Shown here: one piece after another, positions 30,926-41,340 of the stretch
How the letters are laid out: every line of letters starts with the position of its first letter
Numbering within the stretch: the first letter of the stretch is position 1
Assembly (NCBI GenBank): GCA_002840895.1
Contig: PHCZ01000002.1
Coordinates: 250,231 to 314,230, forward strand
DNA from: Bacteroidetes bacterium HGW-Bacteroidetes-8
Lineage (GTDB): Bacteria > Bacteroidota > Bacteroidia > Bacteroidales > UBA932
Length of the DNA: 64,000 bases
Reading direction: 5' to 3'
Notes under the pieces: generated by a model
Databases searched by the model: none
Seen by the model: the letters and a program-made list of their open reading frames with translations, nothing else
Told to the model about the DNA's origin: nothing
Program-made: the position numbers and the translations under genes

Positions 30926-31510
30926 TTATAAGAAAATACTTAAGATAGTTCTTAGGTTCTCACTCCTAAGATCAACAGCAAGATTGCTTTTAAGAATTTT
31001 GTACGCCCGACTTTTTAGGGTCTTAACAGTATTGGCAGAGATTCCCAGTTTTATGGATATTTCTGAATTTGAATATCCAGATAAATGGTATATAAGAATT
31101 TTTCTAGTTTGAGGGGCGAATGAGCCTATAGCTTTGTAGATAAGCCGGTCTGTCTCCTCCTCAATAATTTGATTCAGAAAAAAATGCTCACTGTTAATCT
31201 CTTCGTAATTATCTATATACTTCTGCTCAACTTTTTGATGCTTTAGATAATTAAGACAACTATTTCTCACAGAAGCATATAAAAAGCTCTTTACTGAATT
31301 GATTGAATGAAGATTCTCCTTGTTTTCCCACATAGATAGAAAGACATCCTGTACTATATCTTCACTTACGGCCATATTTGCCACGAATCTATTGGAAAAA
31401 GACATTAGAGACGAATAGAAGGTTCTAAAAATAGAGTGAACATCGTTCTCCTTTTTCAGTAGCTCAATCACTTTATTATCAGAATCTTTAATCTCCATTC
31501 TATGTCCCAT
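30926..31510 (-). CDS. ECF RNA polymerase sigma-70 factor, divergent from fecR
   Basis: SEDIVQDVFLSMW, VRNSCLNYLKH, NSEISIKLGISANTVKT. Confidence 0.92.
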   Translation of the reverse strand: MGHRMEIKDSDNKVIELLKKENDVHSIFRTFYSSLMSFSNRFVANMAVSEDIVQDVFLSMWENKENLHSINSVKSFLYASVRNSCLNYLKHQKVEQKYIDNYEEINSEHFFLNQIIEEETDRLIYKAIGSFAPQTRKILIYHLSGYSNSEISIKLGISANTVKTLKSRAYKILKSNLAVDLRSENLRTILSIFL

Positions 31511-31656
31511 ATGACCGAATTAATTATTTTTCCCTGAAGACAATGTACACAATCCAAACTGATAGTACAAACAAGCACAAAAAAACACAGCGGGTGTCAT
31601 ACTCCTCCATAGTTTAGTTGTCTTATATATAGTACACGAGATTTAACGACTAAGAA

Positions 31657-32805
31657 ATGAAAAATAACGACACAATATCAAAAATAATATTCTCTAAACT
31701 ATTTTCAAAATTATCTAAAGAGGAGGAGGAGATTTTAAGCGAGTGGCTCAAAGATGATAATAATAAAAAGCTATACGAGAAAATTTTAGATCCGGAGAGG
31801 ATTCTAAGCAAATCCAGAGAGTACGATACCTATTCGGCCAAATTAGATAAGGATACTATTAATCAAAGCTTTAGGCGCCTATTAAATCCTAAAAACAGAT
31901 TTCGGGCGATTAGCCAATACGCAGCCATACTCATTCCACTTGTAGTAATTATTGGCACTTTATTACTTATAAACCCGTTTAAGAGAGTGGTTACATATCA
32001 GGAACTCTGCAATACCGGTTCTTCTCCCTCTATTGTTCTGAGTAATGGAGACAAAATGGATATCTCAGTGAAGAACAAAGAGTTGATAAGCTCTATTGGA
32101 ATCGTAATTAAAGACACTACAGACCTGTTAGCTTGTGCGTTAGAACAAGATCATAATAAGGAAGAGATTCAGGAGATAGAAATATTGACACCCATCGGAA
32201 AGAGGATGACTATAACACTTTCTGACGGAACAAAAGTCTATATGAATAGTGGATCAAAAATTAAATTCCCTACTAAATTCAAAGAGGATAGCAGAGAGGT
32301 TTTCGCAGAGGGTGAGCTCTTTTTTGATGTAACTCCGGATAAAAGCCACCCTTTTATCGTCCATATGAATAGATCTAAAGTGGTTGTGGTTGGAACTGGG
32401 TTTAATATCCGCTCATATCCGGACGAAATTACCGTTCAAACTACAGTAAGCTCAGGCACTGTAGTATTTTCTTCAGAGAACTTATCTGTGAACTTAGCTC
32501 CGGGAGAACAATCGGTTTTTAATAAAATCAGCTCCGGGATAGAGAAAAACATTGTTGAAATTTACGATTTTATGGCCTGGAAAGAGGGGATGTTCTATTT
32601 CAACAACAGAAGATTAGAAGATATTATGTCTGAGTTAAAAAAATGGTATGGTTTTGAGTATGTTTTTGACAACGAAGTATCTAAGCACGAGAGATTTGGA
32701 ATTGAACTAAAAAGAGATGTCCCACTTGACAAAATAATTGAGTTAATAAACAGTACAAATACAATTAACATTTATATCGAAGGTCGAGTGATTCATATAA
32801 AATAG
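31657..32805 (+). CDS. FecR-family anti-sigma factor
   Basis: Single TM; LSDGTKVYMNSGS, EGELFFDV, VGTGFNIRSY, WKEGMFYF. Confidence 0.92.
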   Translation: MKNNDTISKIIFSKLFSKLSKEEEEILSEWLKDDNNKKLYEKILDPERILSKSREYDTYSAKLDKDTINQSFRRLLNPKNRFRAISQYAAILIPLVVIIGTLLLINPFKRVVTYQELCNTGSSPSIVLSNGDKMDISVKNKELISSIGIVIKDTTDLLACALEQDHNKEEIQEIEILTPIGKRMTITLSDGTKVYMNSGSKIKFPTKFKEDSREVFAEGELFFDVTPDKSHPFIVHMNRSKVVVVGTGFNIRSYPDEITVQTTVSSGTVVFSSENLSVNLAPGEQSVFNKISSGIEKNIVEIYDFMAWKEGMFYFNNRRLEDIMSELKKWYGFEYVFDNEVSKHERFGIELKRDVPLDKIIELINSTNTINIYIEGRVIHIK

Positions 32806-32851
32806 CGATGTAAATAGAAAAGATTAACATATAAATTGAACCACAAAAAAT

Positions 32852-32883
32852 GGAGTGAGAAATGCGCCAACACTTCCCACTCC
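32852..32883 (+). promoter_or_regulatory. Hairpin in the fecR-susC leader
   Basis: GGAGTG-AGAAATG-CGCCAA-CACTTCC-CACTCC; 11 of 13 positions pair, loop CGCCAA. Confidence 0.55.
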
Positions 32884-32926
32884 CAGATTTAAATAAAATT
32901 TAAACCCTTACTTAATTTGCAATTTT

Positions 32927-35900
32927 ATGAAAAAAAAACGGATCTTACAACAGGCCTTTGCTAAAACGCAAAAAGGCTTTCGGTGTTTACTTGCGTCTCT
33001 CATTCTTTTCATTAGTCTTGCCTCAACAATTCACGCTCAAAAACAGCAGACAGTAATTAACTTAAATGCAGAAAAAGCGACACTTAAAGAGGTTTTTGCA
33101 ACAATAACCTCACAGGTGGGCTATACTTTTGTATTTAATGAAAAGTCCATCGAGAGTGCCGGAAAAATCAATGTAAAAATTAAAAGTGAAAATCTTAACG
33201 AAGTACTGGAGAGATGTCTTGCCGGAACACAACTTATGTATAAGATAGATAAAAATGTAATAGTTATTTCCGAAAACAAGAAGAGCGAACCTGCCGGTAT
33301 AAATTTGAATCAGGTAATTAAAAAGAAGATTACTGGCTCCGTTGTGGATGAAACTAATGCGACTCTTCCCGGAGTAGCTATTTTAATAAAGGGAACAAAA
33401 AGAGGTACAGTAACCGATGCAGATGGAAACTTCACAATAGAGTTGGAAAATGCAGAAAAACAGACTCTTATCTTCTCTTTTATGGGAATGGAGAGTCAGG
33501 AGGTTATAGTGGGAAATAGGGATAAGCTTGTTATAAAATTAAAGGAGAGCGCTTTTGCAATTTCAGATGTAGTTGTAACAGGTTTTTTTGAAAGACGAAA
33601 AGAGAGTTTTACAGGTGCAATTGCCTCCTTCACAGGTGAAGAGTTAAAAAATGCAAACTCTGTGAATCTGCTCTCCGCAATATCAATTCTAGAACCCTCA
33701 TTCAAAGTTGTTGAAAATGACCTTGCCGGATCAAATCCCAATGTTATCCCGGACTTTGTAATTCGGGGAGAGGCCAGTTTACCAAACCTTGTGGGAGACT
33801 ATAAAGGGAATCCTAACAATCCAATATTCATTCTGGACGGATTTGAAATCTCTGCAGAGAAGGTCTTTGATATGGACCCCACACAGGTAGGATCTATAAC
33901 CATCCTTAAAGATGCTGCTTCTACAGCAATATATGGCTCAAGAGCTTCTAATGGAGTTGTAGTTATTGAGTCCAAAAAAACAGCTGAGGGAACTATAAAT
34001 GTCTCTTATAACCTAGATCTATCGGTGGTTATTCCCGATTTAAGAGGGTATAATATTCTTGATTCCCGACAGAAACTTGAGCTTGAGAGACAGGCCGGAT
34101 ACTACGACAAATCCGGAAGTGCTGCAGAGGATGAGAAAAGAGCAGATGAGTATAACGCAAAGCTTCAACTTATAATGATGGGAAACAACACCTACTGGTT
34201 AAACAAACCGCTCCAGAACTCAGTCGGTCATAAACACTCTTTTACAATAGACGGTGGCGAAAACTCACTAAGATACTCCCTAAATGCAAATTACGACAGT
34301 AATCCTGGAGTAATGATTGGCTCAAAGCGAGATAAAATTGGAGTAGTATCTACTCTTCAATATAGATTTAAAAATATTACTTTTAAAAATTATCTGAGCG
34401 TAGATAACGTAAGCTCCTTCAACTCTCCGTACGGGAATTTTAGTCAGTATGCTAAAATAAACCCATACTTCGCATTCAATGATAATCAAGGGGATTACGT
34501 AAAGAAATTTGAGACCGGATCCTGGTGGTTAAATATCGGAAATCCTCTTTACAACACTACCCTTAATACTAAGAACGAGAGTTCATACAGTATGTTCATC
34601 AACAACTTCAGTATTGACTGGAACATCATCTCTCAGTTAAGATTGCAGGCAAACTTGTCGATGAACCAGAGAAAAGATGAGGGGGTAATTTTTATGCCTG
34701 CAGACCACACAGATTTTCTAAGCTACAGCATACCAAATTATCACTTAAGAGGTTCTTATAAATCTTCCGAAGGAAAGTCGTTTTCATACGACGGGAAAGT
34801 AATGCTCAACTACTATACCAATTACAAGAACCATATGATTAATGCCGGTCTTGCAATAAATATGCAGATGATTGACGGTGAAGATTACTCATTTTCGGTA
34901 CAGGGATTCCCTAATGATAAGCTGGACTATCTCATATTTGGATTGCAATACCAAGAAGGAACAAGGCCGGTTGGAACAGATACCAGATCACGTCTGATTG
35001 GTGCTCTGGGAAGTTTAAACTACTCCTATAATTCCAAATATTTGCTGGATCTTTCATTCAGGACAGATGCCTCTTCAAAATTCGGTGCAGACAACCGTTG
35101 GGCTCCCTTCTGGTCTGCAGGTCTGGGATGGAACCTACATAACGAAAATTTTATTAAAGATTTAAAATTTATAGATAAACTGCGTTTGAAAGCATCATAT
35201 GGTGTAACAGGATCTCAGAATTTCGACCCTTATCAGTCTATAACTCGTTACCAGTTCTATTTGACAGATAAATATAACTACGCAATGGGTTCATATATGA
35301 TGGCTCTGGGAAACTCTTCTCTTAAATGGCAGACAACCTATCAATTTAACGCCGGATTTGAGTTTGGATTTTTAAAGAGGTTTGACGTACTGGTTAACGT
35401 ATACCGTAACTTGTCTACAAGCCTCCTTTCGGATATCACACTCCCCCCTTCACTGGGGTTCTCCACTTACAAGGAGAACATTGGAGAGATGCTAAATGTA
35501 GGTTATGAAGCCTATCTCAAGGCAAACATAATCAAGAAAAAAGATGTATATCTAAATATCAACTTCGGTGTTATACACAATGAAAATACTGTAGAAAAAA
35601 TATCAAACAGTCTTAGAGCGTGGAATGACTCTCAGGATGAGGAGCTAACATCCGGCAGTAATAAACCGAGGGTGAGATATATTGAAGGTCAATCTATCAA
35701 CACAATCTGGGGAGTTCCTTCCGTTGGGATAAATCCTGCAAATGGTAAGGAAATTTTTATTACCCCAAACGGAGAGAGGACAGATGTGTGGAACGCCGGA
35801 TACCAGCAACCTATAGGTGGAACAGACCCCGATCTTGAAGGGAATGCAGGTCTCAATATGGGCTATAAAGGACTCTCTCTAAGCCTCTACTTCCGATACA

Positions 35901-36277
35901 GAGTGGGAGGGCAGATGTATAACTCCACATTGGTGGAGCGTGTTGAGAATGCAGATAAAAGGTACAACTGTGACATTAGAGTTCTTGAAGAGAGATGGAA
36001 AAATCCCGGAGATATAACTTTTTTTAAAGATATACGAGATAACACCATAACCAGACCTACATCCAGATTTATAGAGGATTACAACTTTCTTCAACTCTCT
36101 TCAGTAAATCTTTATTACGATTTCAATAAAAATCTTTTATCAAAATTTAAAGTTAAAAGCCTAAGATTATCATTTTCGATGAATGATATTTTCCGGTTGA
36201 CTACCGTTAAGGCAGAGAGAGGAATAACCTATCCGTTCTCGTCAAGCTTTAGAACCTCATTAAGAATAATGTTTTAA
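32927..36277 (+). CDS. SusC/RagA TonB-dependent transporter with STN domain
   Basis: STN N-terminus, GTVTDADGNF, LKDAASTAIYGSRASNGVVVI, C-terminal Phe. Confidence 0.95.
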   Translation: MKKKRILQQAFAKTQKGFRCLLASLILFISLASTIHAQKQQTVINLNAEKATLKEVFATITSQVGYTFVFNEKSIESAGKINVKIKSENLNEVLERCLAGTQLMYKIDKNVIVISENKKSEPAGINLNQVIKKKITGSVVDETNATLPGVAILIKGTKRGTVTDADGNFTIELENAEKQTLIFSFMGMESQEVIVGNRDKLVIKLKESAFAISDVVVTGFFERRKESFTGAIASFTGEELKNANSVNLLSAISILEPSFKVVENDLAGSNPNVIPDFVIRGEASLPNLVGDYKGNPNNPIFILDGFEISAEKVFDMDPTQVGSITILKDAASTAIYGSRASNGVVVIESKKTAEGTINVSYNLDLSVVIPDLRGYNILDSRQKLELERQAGYYDKSGSAAEDEKRADEYNAKLQLIMMGNNTYWLNKPLQNSVGHKHSFTIDGGENSLRYSLNANYDSNPGVMIGSKRDKIGVVSTLQYRFKNITFKNYLSVDNVSSFNSPYGNFSQYAKINPYFAFNDNQGDYVKKFETGSWWLNIGNPLYNTTLNTKNESSYSMFINNFSIDWNIISQLRLQANLSMNQRKDEGVIFMPADHTDFLSYSIPNYHLRGSYKSSEGKSFSYDGKVMLNYYTNYKNHMINAGLAINMQMIDGEDYSFSVQGFPNDKLDYLIFGLQYQEGTRPVGTDTRSRLIGALGSLNYSYNSKYLLDLSFRTDASSKFGADNRWAPFWSAGLGWNLHNENFIKDLKFIDKLRLKASYGVTGSQNFDPYQSITRYQFYLTDKYNYAMGSYMMALGNSSLKWQTTYQFNAGFEFGFLKRFDVLVNVYRNLSTSLLSDITLPPSLGFSTYKENIGEMLNVGYEAYLKANIIKKKDVYLNINFGVIHNENTVEKISNSLRAWNDSQDEELTSGSNKPRVRYIEGQSINTIWGVPSVGINPANGKEIFITPNGERTDVWNAGYQQPIGGTDPDLEGNAGLNMGYKGLSLSLYFRYRVGGQMYNSTLVERVENADKRYNCDIRVLEERWKNPGDITFFKDIRDNTITRPTSRFIEDYNFLQLSSVNLYYDFNKNLLSKFKVKSLRLSFSMNDIFRLTTVKAERGITYPFSSSFRTSLRIMF

Positions 36278-36287
36278 TCCGTGAATT

Positions 36288-37652
36288 ATGAAAAAAATAT
36301 ATATACTTATATCTATATCATTATTATTCAGCCTCTTTTCGTGTGAAAAATGGTTGGATGTAGATCCAAGATCTGTAGTAAAGGAGGAGGAGATGTTCAA
36401 CGATGTTAAGGGCTTCCAATCTGCACTACTTGGCGTCTACACAAAAATGGCAGGGAGATCTCTTTATGGGGTAAACCTCACTTTTGGCTACCTGGATGTT
36501 CTTGCACAGTATTACAATATTGAGTCCGGGCAACACTCATTTTATGCAGCGGCAAACTACAAATACATCGAGGCTGTAAACTATGTAAATAGTATTTGGG
36601 GAGAGGGCTACAACGCAATTGCAAACATAAACAACATCCTCAAATGGTTGCCATTAAGAAAAGAACTTTTCGGACCGGGCGAGTATGACCTTATAAGGGC
36701 TGAGGCTATTGCATTAAGAGCATTTATCCATTTTGACATTCTTCGGTTATATGCTCCATCATACGCAGTGAATCCAAATGCTAAGGCCATCCCTTATGTA
36801 AACAAACTAGCTAATGCTCCTTTTCCGCAATTAACAGTTAAAGAGGTTACAGATGCAGCTTTGGCAGATCTTACTGAGGCAGCACAGATCCTCTCCGAGG
36901 TTGACCCTATCTCTCCAAATTATACCGATGTGGTTGAGAGCGGTACCACAACCCCTCAGTTCTTTACATTTCGTTATGAGAGAATGAACTACTTTGCAGT
37001 GTATGGCACAATGGCAAGAATTGCTCTTTGGAGAGGAGATAAAGAGAAGGCATTTGAATACGCTTCCATAGTTGGCCCCGGAACTTCAGTCCTGTTTTCT
37101 CTCTTTACAGATAAGTCTTGGGACAATAGCGATTTGTACTTTAATAGCCTAACTAACATAAATTCAAAACTCACAATTACAGAGGGTAAAAAACAACAAC
37201 TATACGAGACCGAAAAATATGGGTCACTTGATACACGCTATAAAGATTGGTTTAGGTTTTCGGCAGGGAGCAACGAAGAGTTTATGGCAAAATATATGCG
37301 CCCGGTGAACCTAAGCGGTAACCCTCCTAACATCGTTGTTATGCGTAGAGATGAGATGGCATACATCTTAAGCGAGTGCTCTCCCAACGACTCTATTGCA
37401 ATATCCTACCTAAATAATATCCGTTCGTTTTATGGGATTAAAGGGCAGAATGCTCTGGTAGCCGGTAGTTGTGATGTGGAAGAGGAGATTTTTAAAGAGT
37501 ACCGAAAAACATTTATTGGTGAAGGACAGCTCTTCTTTTACATCAAAAGAAAGAATTACTCTACAATTCCGTTTTCTCTTGTAGAAGATGTACAGGCGGC
37601 ATACGTTATGCCAATTCCTGATCTTGAAATTGAGTTTGGTATAATAAATTAA
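36288..37652 (+). CDS. RagB/SusD-family lipoprotein
   Basis: Lipobox LFSC; EAIALRAFIHFDILRLY, EYRKTFIGEGQLFFYIKR. Confidence 0.92.
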   Translation: MKKIYILISISLLFSLFSCEKWLDVDPRSVVKEEEMFNDVKGFQSALLGVYTKMAGRSLYGVNLTFGYLDVLAQYYNIESGQHSFYAAANYKYIEAVNYVNSIWGEGYNAIANINNILKWLPLRKELFGPGEYDLIRAEAIALRAFIHFDILRLYAPSYAVNPNAKAIPYVNKLANAPFPQLTVKEVTDAALADLTEAAQILSEVDPISPNYTDVVESGTTTPQFFTFRYERMNYFAVYGTMARIALWRGDKEKAFEYASIVGPGTSVLFSLFTDKSWDNSDLYFNSLTNINSKLTITEGKKQQLYETEKYGSLDTRYKDWFRFSAGSNEEFMAKYMRPVNLSGNPPNIVVMRRDEMAYILSECSPNDSIAISYLNNIRSFYGIKGQNALVAGSCDVEEEIFKEYRKTFIGEGQLFFYIKRKNYSTIPFSLVEDVQAAYVMPIPDLEIEFGIIN

Positions 37653-37663
37653 AGTACACCCTT

Positions 37664-38353
37664 ATGAAAAACATATTTAAAATCTGCATAATATATTGCT
37701 TAATTATGAGCTCGTGCAGCTACAACGATCTCAAAACATATAACGATAAGACCAGTCTCTACTTTGCCGGAGATACAGATATTGACTTCTCTTTCACTAA
37801 GTACAGAGGAGGCAGTACAGCCGTAATTATGGTTCCTATAGAGATTGGAGGCTACAAAAGTGATGTGGACAGGAGTTTCAAAATGGAGTTGGTAAATGAC
37901 AGCACAACAGCTACTCCTGCACTGCACTTCAAGAACCCGGGAACATCATTCATTATGCCAAAAGACTCTTTTAAGGTTCACCTCCCACTAGAGATTTACA
38001 ATACCGATCCTGAACTTAAGAACAGTAAAGTAAGGGTATATCTGAGAATCATCCCAAACGAAACCTTCATTAACGGCGTAAACTACAAGCAGAGCCTCTC
38101 GGTTTACATATCTAATATCCTTATAAAACCAAAAATTTGGGACTCTGTTTATTCAATGTTTTTTGGAGTTTACAGTCAGAATAAGCATCGCAAGATTCTA
38201 GAAATATGCGATATATCGGAGGTTCCCGATGTTTATGACGGCGGAAGTTACAACTATAAATGGAACGCATTTGGCAGAGCCGTTAACAATTTTTATCGCG
38301 ACAACTATCCTCAATACGACGAGAATAATCAAATTATTGAACCTTGGTTTTAA
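37664..38353 (+). CDS. DUF4843-like lipoprotein
   Basis: Lipobox SSC; SDVDRSFKMELV..STTATP..HF, KP..WD...FGVYS..KH; position after susD. Confidence 0.8.
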   Translation: MKNIFKICIIYCLIMSSCSYNDLKTYNDKTSLYFAGDTDIDFSFTKYRGGSTAVIMVPIEIGGYKSDVDRSFKMELVNDSTTATPALHFKNPGTSFIMPKDSFKVHLPLEIYNTDPELKNSKVRVYLRIIPNETFINGVNYKQSLSVYISNILIKPKIWDSVYSMFFGVYSQNKHRKILEICDISEVPDVYDGGSYNYKWNAFGRAVNNFYRDNYPQYDENNQIIEPWF

Positions 38354-38388
38354 TGGCCTATTAATTAACTAATAAAAGCAATAAATAG

Positions 38389-39900
38389 ATGAAAAAACTA
38401 TATATAATAATAGGACTCCTCTCACTTATGTTCTACTCCTGCAAAAAAGAGTTGGGAACTTATGATAGATTGGATGTTAACAAGGTGATTATTGATACAA
38501 TCCTCACTAGAACAATTCAGCTGGGAGACACTCTAAGAATAATTCCTGAGATTGCCCAAACACTGGAAAAATCAGAAGATAATCTGGAGTATTCGTGGTA
38601 CTGGTATAAGTTCGGATTCACCGAAGTGGATACGCTTTCCAAAGAGCGTAACTTAAACTATAAAATTCCAATCAGCACCTCTTTAGGGTCATACACAACA
38701 ATCTGCAAAGTGACCGATAAAAAGACAGGGCTCTTCGGAAAGTGGATGTTTACCGTTAATGTAGCAGCTGCCAATGCAGAAGGGGTTTTAGTGCTTAGTA
38801 ATCTGGACGGAAATGCAGAGTTGGGTCTACTAAACCTTATGAAGAACTACATAGGAGGTTTGTACTACGAAGCTAATGGTTCTCACCCGGGACAAAATCC
38901 GGTTAGTGTAGGATTTACAAAGGTAAATGCCGTCCCTTATCTTAACTCAATCATCATTATGTGTGATGACGAAAAGGGCGGAGTTGTAACAAACCATATG
39001 GATTTCATAAAGATGTATGATTACAAAAAATACTTCTTCGTTGCCCCTAGTGTTATAAAGCCTCAGAGATATTACAACGGTATCTCCGGCCTTGATGCCA
39101 GATACGATTTTATCATAAACAACAACCGTCTGCACGTGAGAGAGTATAGAAATGCCCAGAAAACAGAGGAGAAAACCTTCTTTAAACCGGAGCTAATGCC
39201 TACCAGTTCCGAGATCTCTCCTTATGCAATTGCAGATCCGTTTGCACTGCTTTTCTATGATAATACGAATATGAAGTTTGTCCGAGTAGGTGTTCAGTCT
39301 CTACAGTATCTTAGTACAGCGTTCCTTCCGATAGCAATTGGAACCCAGAACCCGGCAACGATGCCTTTTGATCCAAACAATGTCGGGCTTAAATTGGTAA
39401 ATATGGATATCGGGTGGAAGAAACTTGGCTTTGGAATATTTAAAGATCCGGCAACAGGACAGCTTTACAGACTCCATTTCTCATTTGCATCAATGGCATT
39501 CAATGCATCAATGTCTGCATATTACAAAAAGCCGATAACAGACGCACCAAACCTTGAGAGTGCAACAAGCTATGTCTACTCTATCCTGGATCCTTACCTC
39601 TACTACTCAAAAGATAATCTGCTTTACAGATACGATCTTGAGTTTGACAAAACACAAGCAATCTACAACCTGGATACAGTAATTGCAAACAGCAAAATAG
39701 ACAAACTTTATATGAGATATTACGCCGGCCAGACGACACATAGTGGTACACTCTATTTGGGCAGCTCCGAGCAGGGCAAATCGGGTAAAAACGGAAGCCT
39801 GCACGTGCTAAAACTGGACAGAAGCGGAACGGTTTCAGATGTAGATACAGTTTACAGAAACATCTCCGGAAGAATTGTAAGTATGGATTATAAGTTCTAA
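38389..39900 (+). CDS. PKD-like family lipoprotein
   Basis: Lipobox YSC; GDTLRIIP.I...NLEYSW, LSKERNLNY, VTDKKTGL. Confidence 0.8.
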   Translation: MKKLYIIIGLLSLMFYSCKKELGTYDRLDVNKVIIDTILTRTIQLGDTLRIIPEIAQTLEKSEDNLEYSWYWYKFGFTEVDTLSKERNLNYKIPISTSLGSYTTICKVTDKKTGLFGKWMFTVNVAAANAEGVLVLSNLDGNAELGLLNLMKNYIGGLYYEANGSHPGQNPVSVGFTKVNAVPYLNSIIIMCDDEKGGVVTNHMDFIKMYDYKKYFFVAPSVIKPQRYYNGISGLDARYDFIINNNRLHVREYRNAQKTEEKTFFKPELMPTSSEISPYAIADPFALLFYDNTNMKFVRVGVQSLQYLSTAFLPIAIGTQNPATMPFDPNNVGLKLVNMDIGWKKLGFGIFKDPATGQLYRLHFSFASMAFNASMSAYYKKPITDAPNLESATSYVYSILDPYLYYSKDNLLYRYDLEFDKTQAIYNLDTVIANSKIDKLYMRYYAGQTTHSGTLYLGSSEQGKSGKNGSLHVLKLDRSGTVSDVDTVYRNISGRIVSMDYKF

Positions 39901-39936
39901 AATAAATGTTAAACAATAGAATTAAATAATTTAAAA

Positions 39937-41259
39937 ATGCGAAAAAAAACAGCGATTTTGGCAGGAGTATTATTGATAGCGTCCTGCACCCTCTTTGCCC
40001 AGGCAAAACAGACAAAAATTAATATAGATTTTAATGGAGTTGACTCCCCTTTTACTCTATCTACATTAGAAACATCCATCTCCGTTAAGCCTCAAAGCAC
40101 TACAATAACTCTCGACATAAAATATCCACAGTATGTAAAAATGGCAAGAACAAATATTGCAGAGTACATCTATGTGTGCCCGGGAGATGAAATAAATATG
40201 AAGGTAACAGGGAAAGCAAGGGGAGAGGTTACATTCACCGGCTCAAATGCAAAAATCAATACATTTCTTGCCGACGTTGAAAATTCACCAAGAGTAACCG
40301 GGATTGGAGGCGAGGAGAAAGATTTCATAGATAGGTTAACAAAAAATGTAGAGGCAACTACATTAAGATTGAAATCACACTCTTTTGACGACAATTTTAC
40401 AAAAATTGAGCAGAAGCGCATCTGGTCAAAGATCTACACATCTCTCGTCTCCTATCCCTCTCTTAGAAAAAGGACAGATAGAAGCTATAGGCCAAGTGAG
40501 TACTTCTATAATTTTGTAAAGAGTGTCACTTTTGAGCAGGCAGATCTGCTCATCTTAGATGAGTACAAATCCCTTTTGGAGTATCTTGTCCAACTTTATG
40601 CTATTAAAGACATTTTAAAATATGATGCTTACGAATATTCAATAACAACTCTTAACTATGTAGTTAACAATATCAAAGACCCAGCAGTTAAGAGATACCT
40701 TGTAAACTACTATGCATATGATTATCTTAAGCGTCACGGAACTGAAAAAATCGAAAAAATATCCGATATATTTTACAAGGTTGTCACAGACTCAAAAGAG
40801 ATAAAAAGATACAACGAGACTGTGGAGACCTGGTCAAAGATTGCCAAAGGGACAAAAATCCAAGAGTACGAGTTCCACGACATAGATGGCAAGAGTGTTA
40901 TGCTCTCCTCATTTATGGGTAAATATGTCTACATAGATATGTGGGCAACCTGGTGTAAACCTTGTATTGCCGAGATCCCTCACCTGAAAAAGCTTGAGCA
41001 CGCTTTAGAGGGAGCAAATATCGTATTTGTTAGTATCTCAACTGATAAAGATGCAGTGGCGTGGAAGAATATGGTTGTAAAAGATGAAATGAAAGGTGTA
41101 CAACTGCACGCAAGAAAGAGAGATTTCTCAAATGACTTTCTGGTTGTTAGCATTCCTCGTTTCATTTTACTGGATCCTCAGGGTAGAGTTGTTGAGCACA
41201 ATATGCTAAGACCAAGCAATGCTCAAACATTGCCATATTTGCAGTTGTTATTAAAATAG
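39937..41259 (+). CDS. Exported TlpA-family disulfide reductase with long N-terminal domain
   Basis: YIDMWATWCKPCIAEIP, FVSISTD, SIPRFILLD. Confidence 0.9.
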   Translation: MRKKTAILAGVLLIASCTLFAQAKQTKINIDFNGVDSPFTLSTLETSISVKPQSTTITLDIKYPQYVKMARTNIAEYIYVCPGDEINMKVTGKARGEVTFTGSNAKINTFLADVENSPRVTGIGGEEKDFIDRLTKNVEATTLRLKSHSFDDNFTKIEQKRIWSKIYTSLVSYPSLRKRTDRSYRPSEYFYNFVKSVTFEQADLLILDEYKSLLEYLVQLYAIKDILKYDAYEYSITTLNYVVNNIKDPAVKRYLVNYYAYDYLKRHGTEKIEKISDIFYKVVTDSKEIKRYNETVETWSKIAKGTKIQEYEFHDIDGKSVMLSSFMGKYVYIDMWATWCKPCIAEIPHLKKLEHALEGANIVFVSISTDKDAVAWKNMVVKDEMKGVQLHARKRDFSNDFLVVSIPRFILLDPQGRVVEHNMLRPSNAQTLPYLQLLLK

Positions 41260-41281
41260 GTTAATGGTTAAGTTGGTAGGG

Positions 41282-41309
41282 CGCCCGGAAGAGATTTCGG
41301 GCGTTTTTT
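41282..41309 (+). terminator. Rho-independent terminator of the second susC locus
   Basis: CGCCCGGAA-GAGA-TTTCGGGCG followed by TTTTTT. Confidence 0.85.
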
Positions 41310-41340
41310 ATATAACAAAGTGTAATAAAATATTGAACCT

